A stretch of 64,000 bases of DNA, taken from Saprospiraceae bacterium. GTDB taxonomy: Bacteria > Bacteroidota > Bacteroidia > Chitinophagales > Saprospiraceae. Location of the stretch: NCBI GenBank assembly GCA_016717265.1, contig JADKFX010000001.1, forward strand, positions 1,590,387 to 1,654,386. The letters run 5' to 3'. A program made the translations under genes and the position numbers. Position 1 is the stretch's first letter. Every line of letters begins with the position of its first letter. Below are positions 29,799-38,863 of the stretch, piece by piece. The notes under the pieces were generated by a model that saw nothing but the letters and a program-made list of their open reading frames with translations, ran no database searches and had not been told where the DNA came from.

Positions 29799-29883
29799 TG
29801 CCGAAAGTGGGACTCGAACCCACACGACTTTTAGGGTCACTGGATTTTGAGTCCAGCGCGTCTACCAGTTCCGCCATTTCGGC
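29799..29883 (-). tRNA. tRNA-Leu (anticodon CAA), class II with long variable arm; CCA not encoded
   Basis: The reverse complement reads GCCGAAATGGCGGAACTGGTAGACGCGCTGGACTCAAAATCCAGTGACCCTAAAAGTCGTGTGGGTTCGAGTCCCACTTTCGGCA. The acceptor stem is GCCGAAA/TTTCGGC. The anticodon stem is CTGGA/TCCAG with loop CTCAAAA. The T-arm is GTGGG-TTCGAGT-CCCAC. Confidence 0.92.
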
Positions 29884-30050
29884 ATTCTTAATTAAGGATT
29901 GCAAAGCTATAAACGATTCTCAAAACAGCTTAAATTATTTTATAATTATTCAAATAAAGCTATATTGAATTTATATATTAAAATAATATTTAATATGAAA
30001 TGAATTGATTGTGTTGATATTTAGCTTCAATTTTAAAGTTGAAATTCAAT

Positions 30051-31478
30051 TTAGATGAATGCTTTTATATTTTTAACTTTTTCCTCTGTTTTTCCATTAG
30101 AAATCCAGGCCCTGCAATTTGGACTTCCACAAGTACATACAAATGCCTCCATTTGTTCATCTAGAAAACTAGCATAATCTAATGTTAGCTCTTCAAACTT
30201 TTCAATGTCTTTACAAGCAATTACATTTAGACCATGATAAATTGTATTTGGACTACAGGAATGGTTTTGAGGTGCCCATTCTTCAGGTTTGGTGTCCCAT
30301 AATATATAGACATCGTTACCGATGGGATAAGCATATTTGCGAAAAACTTCTTTGTCAGCAGCATTCCAGTTTTTATCTACAAAAGCTTTTGTTACAATTC
30401 GTTGACTTCTTTCTTCACCTTTGAAAATGATTTCTCCTTTACGAATTTTATTTAAAGCATAAATGCCATATCCAGCTATTGCGTTTTTCTTGACTATATA
30501 TTTTTTTTGTTTACGTCGATGTCTTTGAATTCCTTCCTGTATTATTTGATTCAAAAAGCCAGCTTGTCCAATGCCATCACATAATAAGATATGATCCGCG
30601 GATCCTTCATAACCTTGTGAATAGAAAACAGAACAGGTGAAATTAATTTCAAGAAAGTAAATTTTACCTTTTGTATTCATTCTAAAATCCATTCTTGCAT
30701 ATCCTTTGCCACCAAATTCTTTAAATATTCCGCAAGCAGCTCTTCTTAACTTTCGATCTAAATTTTCTTCTTTACAAGGAACATTACTTTCTGGATGCAA
30801 TTCTGAAGTTTTTAATTTATACGTTTTGAAAGAAAAGCCCTCTGGAAATAAATATTCAACGGGTTTAAAGGCTATACATTTTTTCTCATCTTTTGAATCC
30901 GCTGCTACTAAAACCGTAAATTCACGACCTTCAATGTATTCTTCAACTAAGACTTCTCCAAATTCATTTAATAAATTTCGAACTTTTAGTAACAAGTTTT
31001 TTTCATCTTGAACAAATGACTTGTCATCGACGCCTAGACTGTCGCCTGCTTTTGATGGCTTTACAAACAGTGGAAACTTTAATTGGGTACTTAAGTCATT
31101 TAAGTCTTCAAGATTTTTAACAATTCTATAATTCGGAACTTCAATGCCTGAAATATAGGCAACATACTTCATGAGCTCTTTTGGAGGATCATAAAGGTCA
31201 ACGGTTGGGCCAGTATAAGGTAAATTTAATAAATCTAATGAATAAATAACATCTATCGAAGGTACTTCCCATTCAAGATAGGATTCACAGAGGTTTACAA
31301 AAATATCATAACCTTGTGTTGATAACTGTTTTAATTGTTTGTAAGTGGTTAATTTATTTATAAAAACATGATCCACATGATGGTCTGGTAACAAAGAACT
31401 CAAATCTCTTGGTGGGTCATAATTTTTATAATCTACATTAGAAGTACTATAATCTGGTTGAAGAACACAAACTTTCAT
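30051..31478 (-). CDS. ATP-grasp (D-Ala-D-Ala-ligase-like) / SET-domain methyltransferase fusion protein
   Basis: The N-terminal ATP-grasp motifs are 'FPLFVKPSKAGDSLGVD', 'VLVEEYIEGREFTVLV' and 'GKGYARMDFRMNTKGKIYFLEINFTCS'. The C-terminal SET motifs are 'GYGIYALNKIRKGEII', 'QNHSCSPN' and 'EELTLDY', with a post-SET 'CTCGSPNC'. Confidence 0.8.
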   Translation of the reverse strand: MKVCVLQPDYSTSNVDYKNYDPPRDLSSLLPDHHVDHVFINKLTTYKQLKQLSTQGYDIFVNLCESYLEWEVPSIDVIYSLDLLNLPYTGPTVDLYDPPKELMKYVAYISGIEVPNYRIVKNLEDLNDLSTQLKFPLFVKPSKAGDSLGVDDKSFVQDEKNLLLKVRNLLNEFGEVLVEEYIEGREFTVLVAADSKDEKKCIAFKPVEYLFPEGFSFKTYKLKTSELHPESNVPCKEENLDRKLRRAACGIFKEFGGKGYARMDFRMNTKGKIYFLEINFTCSVFYSQGYEGSADHILLCDGIGQAGFLNQIIQEGIQRHRRKQKKYIVKKNAIAGYGIYALNKIRKGEIIFKGEERSQRIVTKAFVDKNWNAADKEVFRKYAYPIGNDVYILWDTKPEEWAPQNHSCSPNTIYHGLNVIACKDIEKFEELTLDYASFLDEQMEAFVCTCGSPNCRAWISNGKTEEKVKNIKAFI

Positions 31479-31709
31479 GGAATTAGATGGGTTTCATTAT
31501 TCTATTCAAAGCACTAAATTAAATATTATACTAATAGCTTATATATTTTATTTAATAATTCAATAACTCTTCAGAATCCAGATTCTTAGAGAGCTATCCA
31601 ATTCCTATTTTATAGGTATATCACTAATTTCAAATAACTAATAAACCTCAATATTAAGTATTAATTTGAATTTATTAAAATCTATATAATGGCTTACGGA
31701 ATGCTTATA

Positions 31710-32825
31710 CTATAATTTTATTTTTGATTGATGTCTTATAAAAGCGTCTATCAGAATTTCAATGATTAAATCTTTAAAATGACTACCAGATATTCGCAAA
31801 ATAGCGCCTATTGAAGTAAAGTTTTCATCTTTTGATAGTCCGCATTGTGCATTTACCTCTAATACAAGGATCTTACCAGTTTTTTCATTCCTCCTCAAAT
31901 CAATTCTTCCATATCCTGTCCCATGCATTGCTTTATATGCTTGCCAACTTATATTTTTGATTTCATCAATTAAGTGATCTGGTGGTTTTTCATAATTCCA
32001 TAAAGGTTTATCATCAGACAATGGGCTTTCATTTTCATAGATTTCCCATAATCGGTCAAACGATAAAAATTGTTCAGTACTTGGAATTGAATTCTCAAAA
32101 ACACGTTCAACAGGTGTATATATTTTGCATTCATTGTAATTTTGGGAAGGCCCAACAATAAGTGTGGTATATTCCTGACCTTCTATAAATTCTTCGACAA
32201 ACAAGCCGCCCGAACTTAAATCCCAACCTTTATAGCCTGATTGCAAAACTTTAAGATAGTTTGATAATTCAAGTTCTGATTTTACAACCGATTGAAGACC
32301 TAATCCCAAACTTCCGGCAGAAATTGCAGGTTTTACAATTAAAGGCTGTTTTAAATTCTTAAATAATGCATTCGAATTATAAGTATCTGGATCCAACACC
32401 ATCCATGGAGAATTCGGCACATTCGCTTTGTCAAATAATTCCTTCATTGGAATTTTTGATGTGGTTATATCGTAAAAGTACCGATCTGCTCCTGTGTATA
32501 TAAGTTGGTAATATTCTAATGCATCTATTACAGAAATTCCAGGTACACCATTGGCCTCATCGCCGTCACATAAATTAATTACAATAGGGGTTTTTGGGTA
32601 GGATTCAAGTTTGATTGCAGCAATTATGCTCTTGAAATTCTGAATTTCAACAGATTGCCATTTCCAAGCTAAATTTAGTTCGGAAAATACATTCTGATAT
32701 TCTTGTACGCTTTGACTAAAGTCGTAATAATATTGGAGATTGGGATCATTAGTTTTTAGAAATGGTGCAAGGATCCAAACGAGCCAATCCTCTGCTTTCA
32801 AAAAATCATCAGACCTCAAAGACAT
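31710..32825 (-). CDS. Stand-alone ATP-grasp ligase (D-Ala-D-Ala-ligase-like), paralog of the N-terminal half of 30051-31478
   Basis: It has 'PLIVKPAISAGSLGLG', 'LFVEEFIEGQEYTTLIVG' and 'GTGYGRIDLRRNEKTGKILVLEVNAQCGLS'. It overlaps the upstream SET gene by 17 nt. Confidence 0.8.
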   Translation of the reverse strand: MSLRSDDFLKAEDWLVWILAPFLKTNDPNLQYYYDFSQSVQEYQNVFSELNLAWKWQSVEIQNFKSIIAAIKLESYPKTPIVINLCDGDEANGVPGISVIDALEYYQLIYTGADRYFYDITTSKIPMKELFDKANVPNSPWMVLDPDTYNSNALFKNLKQPLIVKPAISAGSLGLGLQSVVKSELELSNYLKVLQSGYKGWDLSSGGLFVEEFIEGQEYTTLIVGPSQNYNECKIYTPVERVFENSIPSTEQFLSFDRLWEIYENESPLSDDKPLWNYEKPPDHLIDEIKNISWQAYKAMHGTGYGRIDLRRNEKTGKILVLEVNAQCGLSKDENFTSIGAILRISGSHFKDLIIEILIDAFIRHQSKIKL

Positions 32826-33369
32826 GTTTTTTTGTCTTCTTCAATTTGTTTGTAATATATTGAGTGAATTGATAATTGGATACCATTTCTTTAGTTAGGT
32901 ATTTGGCTCCTTTTATTTCACCTAAACATTTTAAACTAAGGCATTGACAATCAAAACTTTCTTCCATGTCCCATTCAGTAGATGGATAGAAAAAGGTAAA
33001 TTCTTCGCCTCTTTTAATATCACTTAAGCAAATAAATTTAAATTCCGATGTGTCAAAAAAGCAATTTGGTTCACAACTATGATTCACATATTCCAAATAT
33101 AAAGGGGAAAGTATAATATGTTTATTTTCTCCAGTTTGAACAGTATATCGATTCGGTTTATCACAAATATCTGCATAACTAAAATGGCAAATTACAGACC
33201 CTTTTTTGAAGTCTTTTAATGAAATTAGCCTGTTTTGTTGGAGTTTATTATCAAAATCAATCTTCGCGAAACTTGATTTTGTTTGCAAGCTAGGGATTAT
33301 TTCCATCAGGATTGGTTCTTGTTTATAAAAGTGCTGCAATGTAATAAGTTTATTGAATTCAACTTTCAA
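32809..33369 (-). CDS. Stand-alone SET-domain (lysine) methyltransferase
   Basis: It has 'LISLKDFKKGSVI', 'YVNHSCEPNC' and 'GEEFTFFY', with a post-SET-like 'CQCLSLKC'. Confidence 0.8.
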   Translation of the reverse strand: MKVEFNKLITLQHFYKQEPILMEIIPSLQTKSSFAKIDFDNKLQQNRLISLKDFKKGSVICHFSYADICDKPNRYTVQTGENKHIILSPLYLEYVNHSCEPNCFFDTSEFKFICLSDIKRGEEFTFFYPSTEWDMEESFDCQCLSLKCLGEIKGAKYLTKEMVSNYQFTQYITNKLKKTKKHVFEV

Positions 33370-33434
33370 TGAAGCAAATATTTTGGAATTATTTTTTTCA
33401 ACGGGTTTAATTAATGTGGAAAACTCTAAGCTTA

Positions 33435-34076
33435 TTAACGTATTCCAAGTAATTTATGGGTTTGGATACTGAGTCTCCAGGTTGGATGTTGTAAACAAAA
33501 ATCTAAGGATTGTTGGATGTGCTCTTGGATATTGGCACCATCCATTGGTTGTATATAAAAATACTGAAAATCAAAATGTTGAAAATCTTCAGGGTTAAAA
33601 TTTAATTGTGGATAGATAAATTTTAATTCATTTCCAGAACGAATTTTAATAATAGTATTAGGTTTAGGACTTAAACAGATCCAATCAATTCCTTTTGGAG
33701 CTTCAATTGTACCATTTGTTTCTAAACCTATTTCAAAACCTATGTCATGAAGTGAATCTATCAAGGGGTCATCAACCTGCAATAAGGGTTCTCCACCAGT
33801 AAAAATAACATATGGTTTAATTTTATGACCCACGTTCATTTTTGGCCAAAGGCTTTGAATGCATGCTGCCAAATCATTTGCGGATGGATATTTTCCGCCA
33901 TAAGTTCCATTAATACCAACAAAATCAGTATCGCAAAAACTACAAATTGCCTGCTGTCTATCTTCTTCTCGGCCATTCCATAAGTTACATCCAGCAAATC
34001 GTAAAAAAACTGCCGGCCGCCCTGTTTGGGCACCTTCACCTTGTAAACTATAGAAAATTTCTTTGACCAAATACAT
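33435..34076 (-). CDS. queE: 7-carboxy-7-deazaguanine synthase (radical SAM)
   Basis: 'EIFYSLQGEGAQTGRPAVFLRFAGCNLWNGREEDR..AICSFCDTDF' and 'WRLSIQTHKLLGI' closely track the short Burkholderia-type QueE as I recall it. Confidence 0.9.
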   Translation of the reverse strand: MYLVKEIFYSLQGEGAQTGRPAVFLRFAGCNLWNGREEDRQQAICSFCDTDFVGINGTYGGKYPSANDLAACIQSLWPKMNVGHKIKPYVIFTGGEPLLQVDDPLIDSLHDIGFEIGLETNGTIEAPKGIDWICLSPKPNTIIKIRSGNELKFIYPQLNFNPEDFQHFDFQYFYIQPMDGANIQEHIQQSLDFCLQHPTWRLSIQTHKLLGIR

Positions 34077-34133
34077 GTAACAAAAAATACTAAATTATAA
34101 ATTACAAAAAATTAATTATTTGAATTTAGAATT

Positions 34134-34691
34134 CTACACCAAAGGTAAGATGTTCAACCGGAACTCCTCAAGTTGATGAATTAAATATCTAGGTTTGACA
34201 CTCCAATTATCTATGTTTTTGTTTGAATCCAGGAAAGCCACAGGGGTAATTCCAGCTTGCATGGCAGCACTCATATCTGTATCTGTATCACCAATAAAGT
34301 AACAATTCTGAGGTATTATTTCAGAAAACTCTTGAAATGCCTTTAGAATCATACCTGGCTTAGGTTTTCTGCAATCACAGTTGGACTCTTTTAAATGCGG
34401 ACAAAAATAAATTTTTGTTATTTTACCTCCGGATTTCTGAATTTCTGAAAGCATCCATTGATGAATGCTTTCAAGATCTTCTATACTCATCAATCCTTTT
34501 CCTATTCCTTGCTGGTTGGTTATGATAAAAATATTTTTGAAAATCTTACTTAATTTAGAAATTTCTGGAAGTACTCCAGCTTTAAATTTAAAAGAGTCCA
34601 CGGATCTCACATATTCTCCAGGTAATAATTCATTAATTACACCATCCCGGTCAAGAAAAAGGGAATCATTCGCTTTATTAGATTTGATCAT
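34134..34691 (-). CDS. gmhB: D-glycero-D-manno-heptose 1,7-bisphosphate phosphatase (HAD-IIIA)
   Basis: It has 'LFLDRDGVIN' and 'ITNQQGIGKG'. The Zn motif is 'YFCPHLKESNCDCRKPKPGM', and 'IGDTDTDM' is also present. Confidence 0.8.
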   Translation of the reverse strand: MIKSNKANDSLFLDRDGVINELLPGEYVRSVDSFKFKAGVLPEISKLSKIFKNIFIITNQQGIGKGLMSIEDLESIHQWMLSEIQKSGGKITKIYFCPHLKESNCDCRKPKPGMILKAFQEFSEIIPQNCYFIGDTDTDMSAAMQAGITPVAFLDSNKNIDNWSVKPRYLIHQLEEFRLNILPLV

Positions 34692-34916
34692 ATACGCAGC
34701 AATCTAGATTTATATATGTAAATCATTATTTAATAAAATACAAATAAGATTCATGTTCATATCAAAAGGATGCTTAAAACTGCTAAAATTATGGTTCTAA
34801 AATTAGTATACTATTCATAACATATTTCAAGATTCAATTATTAACTTTAATTTGAACTTGATATTGTTTATTATTTTGACATAGGCTGTTAAAAAAATTG
34901 CCAATATATATTTTTA

Positions 34917-35489
34917 TTAAAATATTTTTTCTTCAATCAATTGACAAATGATATGCCCAATTAGAATATGACACTCCTGTATTCTTGGCGTATCGTTAGA
35001 AGGTACACCGATCCAAAATTGACTCAATGCTTTCAATTGGCCTCCATCTGCACCGGTGAAACCTACAGTCAACATTTTTTTATGGATAGCTTCATCAAAT
35101 GCTAAAAGTATATTTTTTGAATTTCCAGAGGTGCTTAATCCAATTAATACATCTCCTTCCATTCCAATTCCTTTAATTAATCTTTGATATATCGAATCAA
35201 AACTATAATCATTTGCCACTGCAGTTAAATAGGAAGTATTGCAATGCAATGCTTCTGCAGGTAATGCATCTCGATCTTTGTAAAACCGACCCGTTAATTC
35301 TGCAGCCAAATGTTGAGCATCAGCCGCACTGCCACCATTGCCACAAAAATATATGCGTTTTTTATTCTGAAGTGCATTCACCATCTTTTCCACAACCATT
35401 TCAATAGTCGTTATTAAAACGTCATCCAAAAGAATACTTCTTTTGGTTTCAATGGATGTTTTAATAATATTTAAAATAGTGTTTTTCAT
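34917..35489 (-). CDS. gmhA: Phosphoheptose isomerase (SIS domain)
   Basis: It has 'IYFCGNGGSAADAQHLAAEL', 'LSTSGNSKNIL' and 'TPRIQECHILIGHIIC'. Confidence 0.85.
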   Translation of the reverse strand: MKNTILNIIKTSIETKRSILLDDVLITTIEMVVEKMVNALQNKKRIYFCGNGGSAADAQHLAAELTGRFYKDRDALPAEALHCNTSYLTAVANDYSFDSIYQRLIKGIGMEGDVLIGLSTSGNSKNILLAFDEAIHKKMLTVGFTGADGGQLKALSQFWIGVPSNDTPRIQECHILIGHIICQLIEEKIF

Positions 35490-35691
35490 ATTTCAAAAGT
35501 AATTTAAATTTTGGACAACTTTAATGTATGCAATGCTAATAGTTGTTATTGGTTTTACGAATTAAAATTTAATACCATTTTACACTTCATATCCAATTTT
35601 TAGAATACGCAAAAATAAGTATATTATTCTAAGTAATAGGATTTTGCAATTTTCACTTCTGGTAAAATGCTCATTTGTTATAAGTTATGTC

Positions 35692-36834
35692 TTAATTATT
35701 TTTTTGAATGCTATTCGCTAGTGATTTTATATGCGTAATCAATGTTGCCCAACTTAGTTTTTTCTTCATTACTTGTATTCCATTTTGAAAAATAGTTTCA
35801 TCCATATTAAAAAATTGGACTATCGTATTTGCAAGATCTTCAGAAGTTGGTTGACAAACCAAGCCGGCAATTTTATGCGGAACCAAGGATGCTAAACCTC
35901 CAACATCAGTAACTACCATAGGTTTGTCAAAATAATAGGCTAATGGTGTCACGCCACTCTGCGTTGCATGTCTATAGGGTTGTACTATTAAATCCGCGGC
36001 AGAAAAGTAGTTCTTAATTTCACTATCTGGAATATAATGGGTATGTAAGTAAATTTTATCTTGAATGCCAAATTTATCAATAAGGTCTAAATAGGGTTTT
36101 GATTCATCATAAAATTCACCTGCAATTAATAGTTTTATATTTTGAGTTTTTAAAATTGCATAATTAAAAGCTTCAATCAATAAATCTAATCCTTTATATT
36201 TTCGAATAAATCCAAAAAACATAATTATTTTTTCATCTTTTGGTAAGTTTAATATATTGCGCGCAACGTCTTTAGGAATGGATTTTCCAAAATTATCAAA
36301 AAGTGGGTGATCCGTAATTATTGATTTTGAGTTTGGTAAGAATTTTTTTAAATCCAGATCTACTTTCGCACTCATAGTAATAAATGCATCTGGTTTGTTA
36401 ATAAAATAGCGGGTAAAAAATGCATCTCCAATTCTTTTTTCATGTGGAACTACATTATCTGCGATGCAAATTATTTTGCATGTATTTATTTTTTTTACAA
36501 ATTTTAAAATCGTTCCTAAACAGGGTCCCATAAAAGGTATCCAATATCTAACAATAATCAAATCTGGAGAAGATTGTTTTAGTTTAAGACCAATGCGAAT
36601 CCAATTGAATGGATTCACAGAATTGATACAGACATTTATTTTTAAATCTGTTGGCTTTAGTTCATTTGAAAACTGGCTGGTGCCAGGAAAAAGTATCGTG
36701 GGGTACTGCAAAGAAAATGTATATATTTCAACATTCCATCCTTCTTGTTGGAAGGCTCGGGCTAAGCGTTCATTAAATGAGGCGATTCCACCTCGGAGAG
36801 GATATGCGGGCCCCATGATAATAACATTTGGCAT
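35692..36834 (-). CDS. Glycosyltransferase family 4 (GT-B fold)
   Basis: The C-terminal GT1/GT4 motif is 'FFGFIRKYKGLDLLIEA...LLIAGE.......ADLIVQPYRHATQSGV'. Confidence 0.8.
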   Translation of the reverse strand: MPNVIIMGPAYPLRGGIASFNERLARAFQQEGWNVEIYTFSLQYPTILFPGTSQFSNELKPTDLKINVCINSVNPFNWIRIGLKLKQSSPDLIIVRYWIPFMGPCLGTILKFVKKINTCKIICIADNVVPHEKRIGDAFFTRYFINKPDAFITMSAKVDLDLKKFLPNSKSIITDHPLFDNFGKSIPKDVARNILNLPKDEKIIMFFGFIRKYKGLDLLIEAFNYAILKTQNIKLLIAGEFYDESKPYLDLIDKFGIQDKIYLHTHYIPDSEIKNYFSAADLIVQPYRHATQSGVTPLAYYFDKPMVVTDVGGLASLVPHKIAGLVCQPTSEDLANTIVQFFNMDETIFQNGIQVMKKKLSWATLITHIKSLANSIQKNN

Positions 36835-36837
36835 ATC

Positions 36838-37776
36838 CTATTTTAAACTCTTATCAATAAGGTATACATTCCGGTCTGTTGCATTGCGGGTTACTAATTC
36901 TGCAAGAAAACCAGTGAAAAACATTTGTGAACCAATGATCATTGAAACCAAAGAGAGAAAAAATGCAGGCCTTTGGGTCATACCCATTTGGCCATAAGCA
37001 AGTTTTGTAAAACTGAGATACATAACAAAACAAAAACCTAAAAAGAAAAATACTAAGCCTAGTGCACCAAAAAAATGCATGGGTCTTTTTCCAAACCTGC
37101 CAATAAATAATATAGTAGACAAATCCAGAAACCCATTTATAAAGCGGCTCATCCCAAATTTTGATTTGCCATATTTACGTGCTTGGTGTTGTACTTCTTT
37201 TTCGCCAATATTTCTGAATCCAGACCATTTGGCAATTACGGGAATATATCGGTGCATCTCACCATATACTTCAATCGACTTTACAACATCTTTGCGATAC
37301 GCTTTCAAACCACAATTCATATCATGCAACTTTACACCACTCATCCAACCAGTAACAGAATTATATATTTTAGAAGGAATGTTTTTAGTAAATGCATTAT
37401 CATACCGCTTTTTTTTCCATCCAGATACTACATCAAACTTTTCCTCCTTAATCATACGATATAATTCTGGAATTTCTTCCGGACTATCTTGAAGATCTGC
37501 ATCCATGGTGATTACAACATCCGCATTACAAACATGAAATCCTGTATTTAAGGCGGCTGATTTCCCATAATTACGTCTAAATTTAATTCCTTTTATACTT
37601 GGATACAAATGATGTAAAGATTCAATGACTTCCCATGTTGAATCTGTACTCCCATCGTCAATAAACCAGACTTCATAAGTTAAATCTGTAGTTGTCATAA
37701 CCTTGCGGATCCAATCTACGAGTTCAATTAAAGACTCTTCTTCATTTAATGCCGGAATAATTAGAGCTACATCCAT
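36838..37776 (-). CDS. Glycosyltransferase family 2 (polyprenol-phosphate glycosyltransferase, GtrB/ArnC-like)
   Basis: It has 'IIPALNEEESL', 'FIDDGSTDST', 'NYGKSAAL' and 'ITMDADLQDSPEEIP', plus two C-terminal TM helices. Confidence 0.85.
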   Translation of the reverse strand: MDVALIIPALNEEESLIELVDWIRKVMTTTDLTYEVWFIDDGSTDSTWEVIESLHHLYPSIKGIKFRRNYGKSAALNTGFHVCNADVVITMDADLQDSPEEIPELYRMIKEEKFDVVSGWKKKRYDNAFTKNIPSKIYNSVTGWMSGVKLHDMNCGLKAYRKDVVKSIEVYGEMHRYIPVIAKWSGFRNIGEKEVQHQARKYGKSKFGMSRFINGFLDLSTILFIGRFGKRPMHFFGALGLVFFFLGFCFVMYLSFTKLAYGQMGMTQRPAFFLSLVSMIIGSQMFFTGFLAELVTRNATDRNVYLIDKSLK

Positions 37777-37853
37777 TCAAAGTATTAATTCTTTAAAAAT
37801 AAAACGATTCTTTCAATCCTTTAAGTATTCTTCGAAGTATATTCTACTTCTGA

Positions 37854-38378
37854 TCAAAATTTCGTAAAAATATCTTGTGCGTTTTTTTTCCGAATCACTA
37901 ATGCAATAATTGCGGCAATGATAAAGTAAATTATAAGGGACCAAAAAAATAGATACACATAATTGCTAAAGCTAGCGAAATCGTGACTTTCAAGTCTTTC
38001 AAGTTCTCCTTCAGCGGCAGAATCACCCATTAATGACCTCATTTTTTCTGTCATTTTAATCGCTTGTTCCCTTTGTTGCTCTTGAAGTCCTGGATCTATG
38101 AACCTAAATAAGATCCAGGTAAAAAGGGTTGTAAACAAACTTGAAACCACAGAAGTCAGCCAAATTGGTGTCAAAGCTTGTTTCCAACTGATGTATCCTC
38201 CTAATTCATCTCGCTTCTCTTTGCCAGACCGGTACATCATATAAATACCAAATACGAATATTAGGACACCAGCAAATGGATTTTCTAACATCCCGATTAA
38301 ATAGAGTAGCAGGGTAGTGGCTATTGCAATTCCACCCCATATAAGTCCAAGTTTAATTGCGTTTTTATGTTGATCCAT
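37854..38378 (-). CDS. DUF4199-like membrane protein
   Basis: The N-terminus 'AIKLGLIWGGIAIATTLLLYLIG' and the four-helix layout are typical of Bacteroidota DUF4199 proteins. Confidence 0.6.
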   Translation of the reverse strand: MDQHKNAIKLGLIWGGIAIATTLLLYLIGMLENPFAGVLIFVFGIYMMYRSGKEKRDELGGYISWKQALTPIWLTSVVSSLFTTLFTWILFRFIDPGLQEQQREQAIKMTEKMRSLMGDSAAEGELERLESHDFASFSNYVYLFFWSLIIYFIIAAIIALVIRKKNAQDIFTKF

Positions 38379-38458
38379 TGGATTTGGTTAATTTTAATAG
38401 AAATTAAGCAAGAATTGAAACACAAAGTTATCTTATTCGTTAAATATATAAAAGAGAA

Positions 38459-38779
38459 ATGAAAGTTTGGTTAATTGTCTTTGGAATTGTTTTAAATGGA
38501 TCTTGCAGTAAATCCGATCAACCCTTGATCCCTACTTGTATTTCTGAGCTAATACGCGTCCAAAAAGAGAGTATTAGTGAGGTTTATCAATATACTTTTC
38601 AAGGTAAAACGGTATTTGAATTTGTGCCTCAGGGTACCTGTTGTGATCTGGCAAATACAATTTACTCAGAAAACTGTATCATGCTTTGTTCCTTGTTTGG
38701 AATCACTGGAAATCAAATTTGTCAGTCAGATACATTTTATTTAAAAGCTACTGATAAAGTTCAGGTTTGGAAAAAATAA
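38459..38779 (+). CDS. Small Cys-rich lipoprotein (hypothetical)
   Basis: It has a signal plus 'LNGSCS' lipobox and several further Cys residues. No family was recognised. Confidence 0.4.
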   Translation: MKVWLIVFGIVLNGSCSKSDQPLIPTCISELIRVQKESISEVYQYTFQGKTVFEFVPQGTCCDLANTIYSENCIMLCSLFGITGNQICQSDTFYLKATDKVQVWKK

Positions 38780-38863
38780 AATGAGATAGCTTTTTAACAT
38801 TTTAAAAAATATTAATTATTTCCAAGCACTTGTTGGTTTATACTAAATAGGAGTTATACAATT

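Noticed and set aside
29671-34076. A possible tRNA-Leu-associated genomic island carrying the SET/ATP-grasp genes
   Set aside because: There is no integrase, transposase or recombinase in the window. I found no direct repeat of the tRNA 3' end. The tRNA 3' end points away from the SET/ATP-grasp genes. The base composition looks like the rest of the window.
36464-37492. Plus-strand ORFs 36464-36997 (177 aa), 37079-37492 and 37183-37464 across the GT4/GT2 genes
   Set aside because: They run antisense to two glycosyltransferase genes that carry canonical motifs. Their translations are hydrophobic or low-complexity with no family resemblance. The 177-aa ORF even spans the GT4/GT2 gene boundary.
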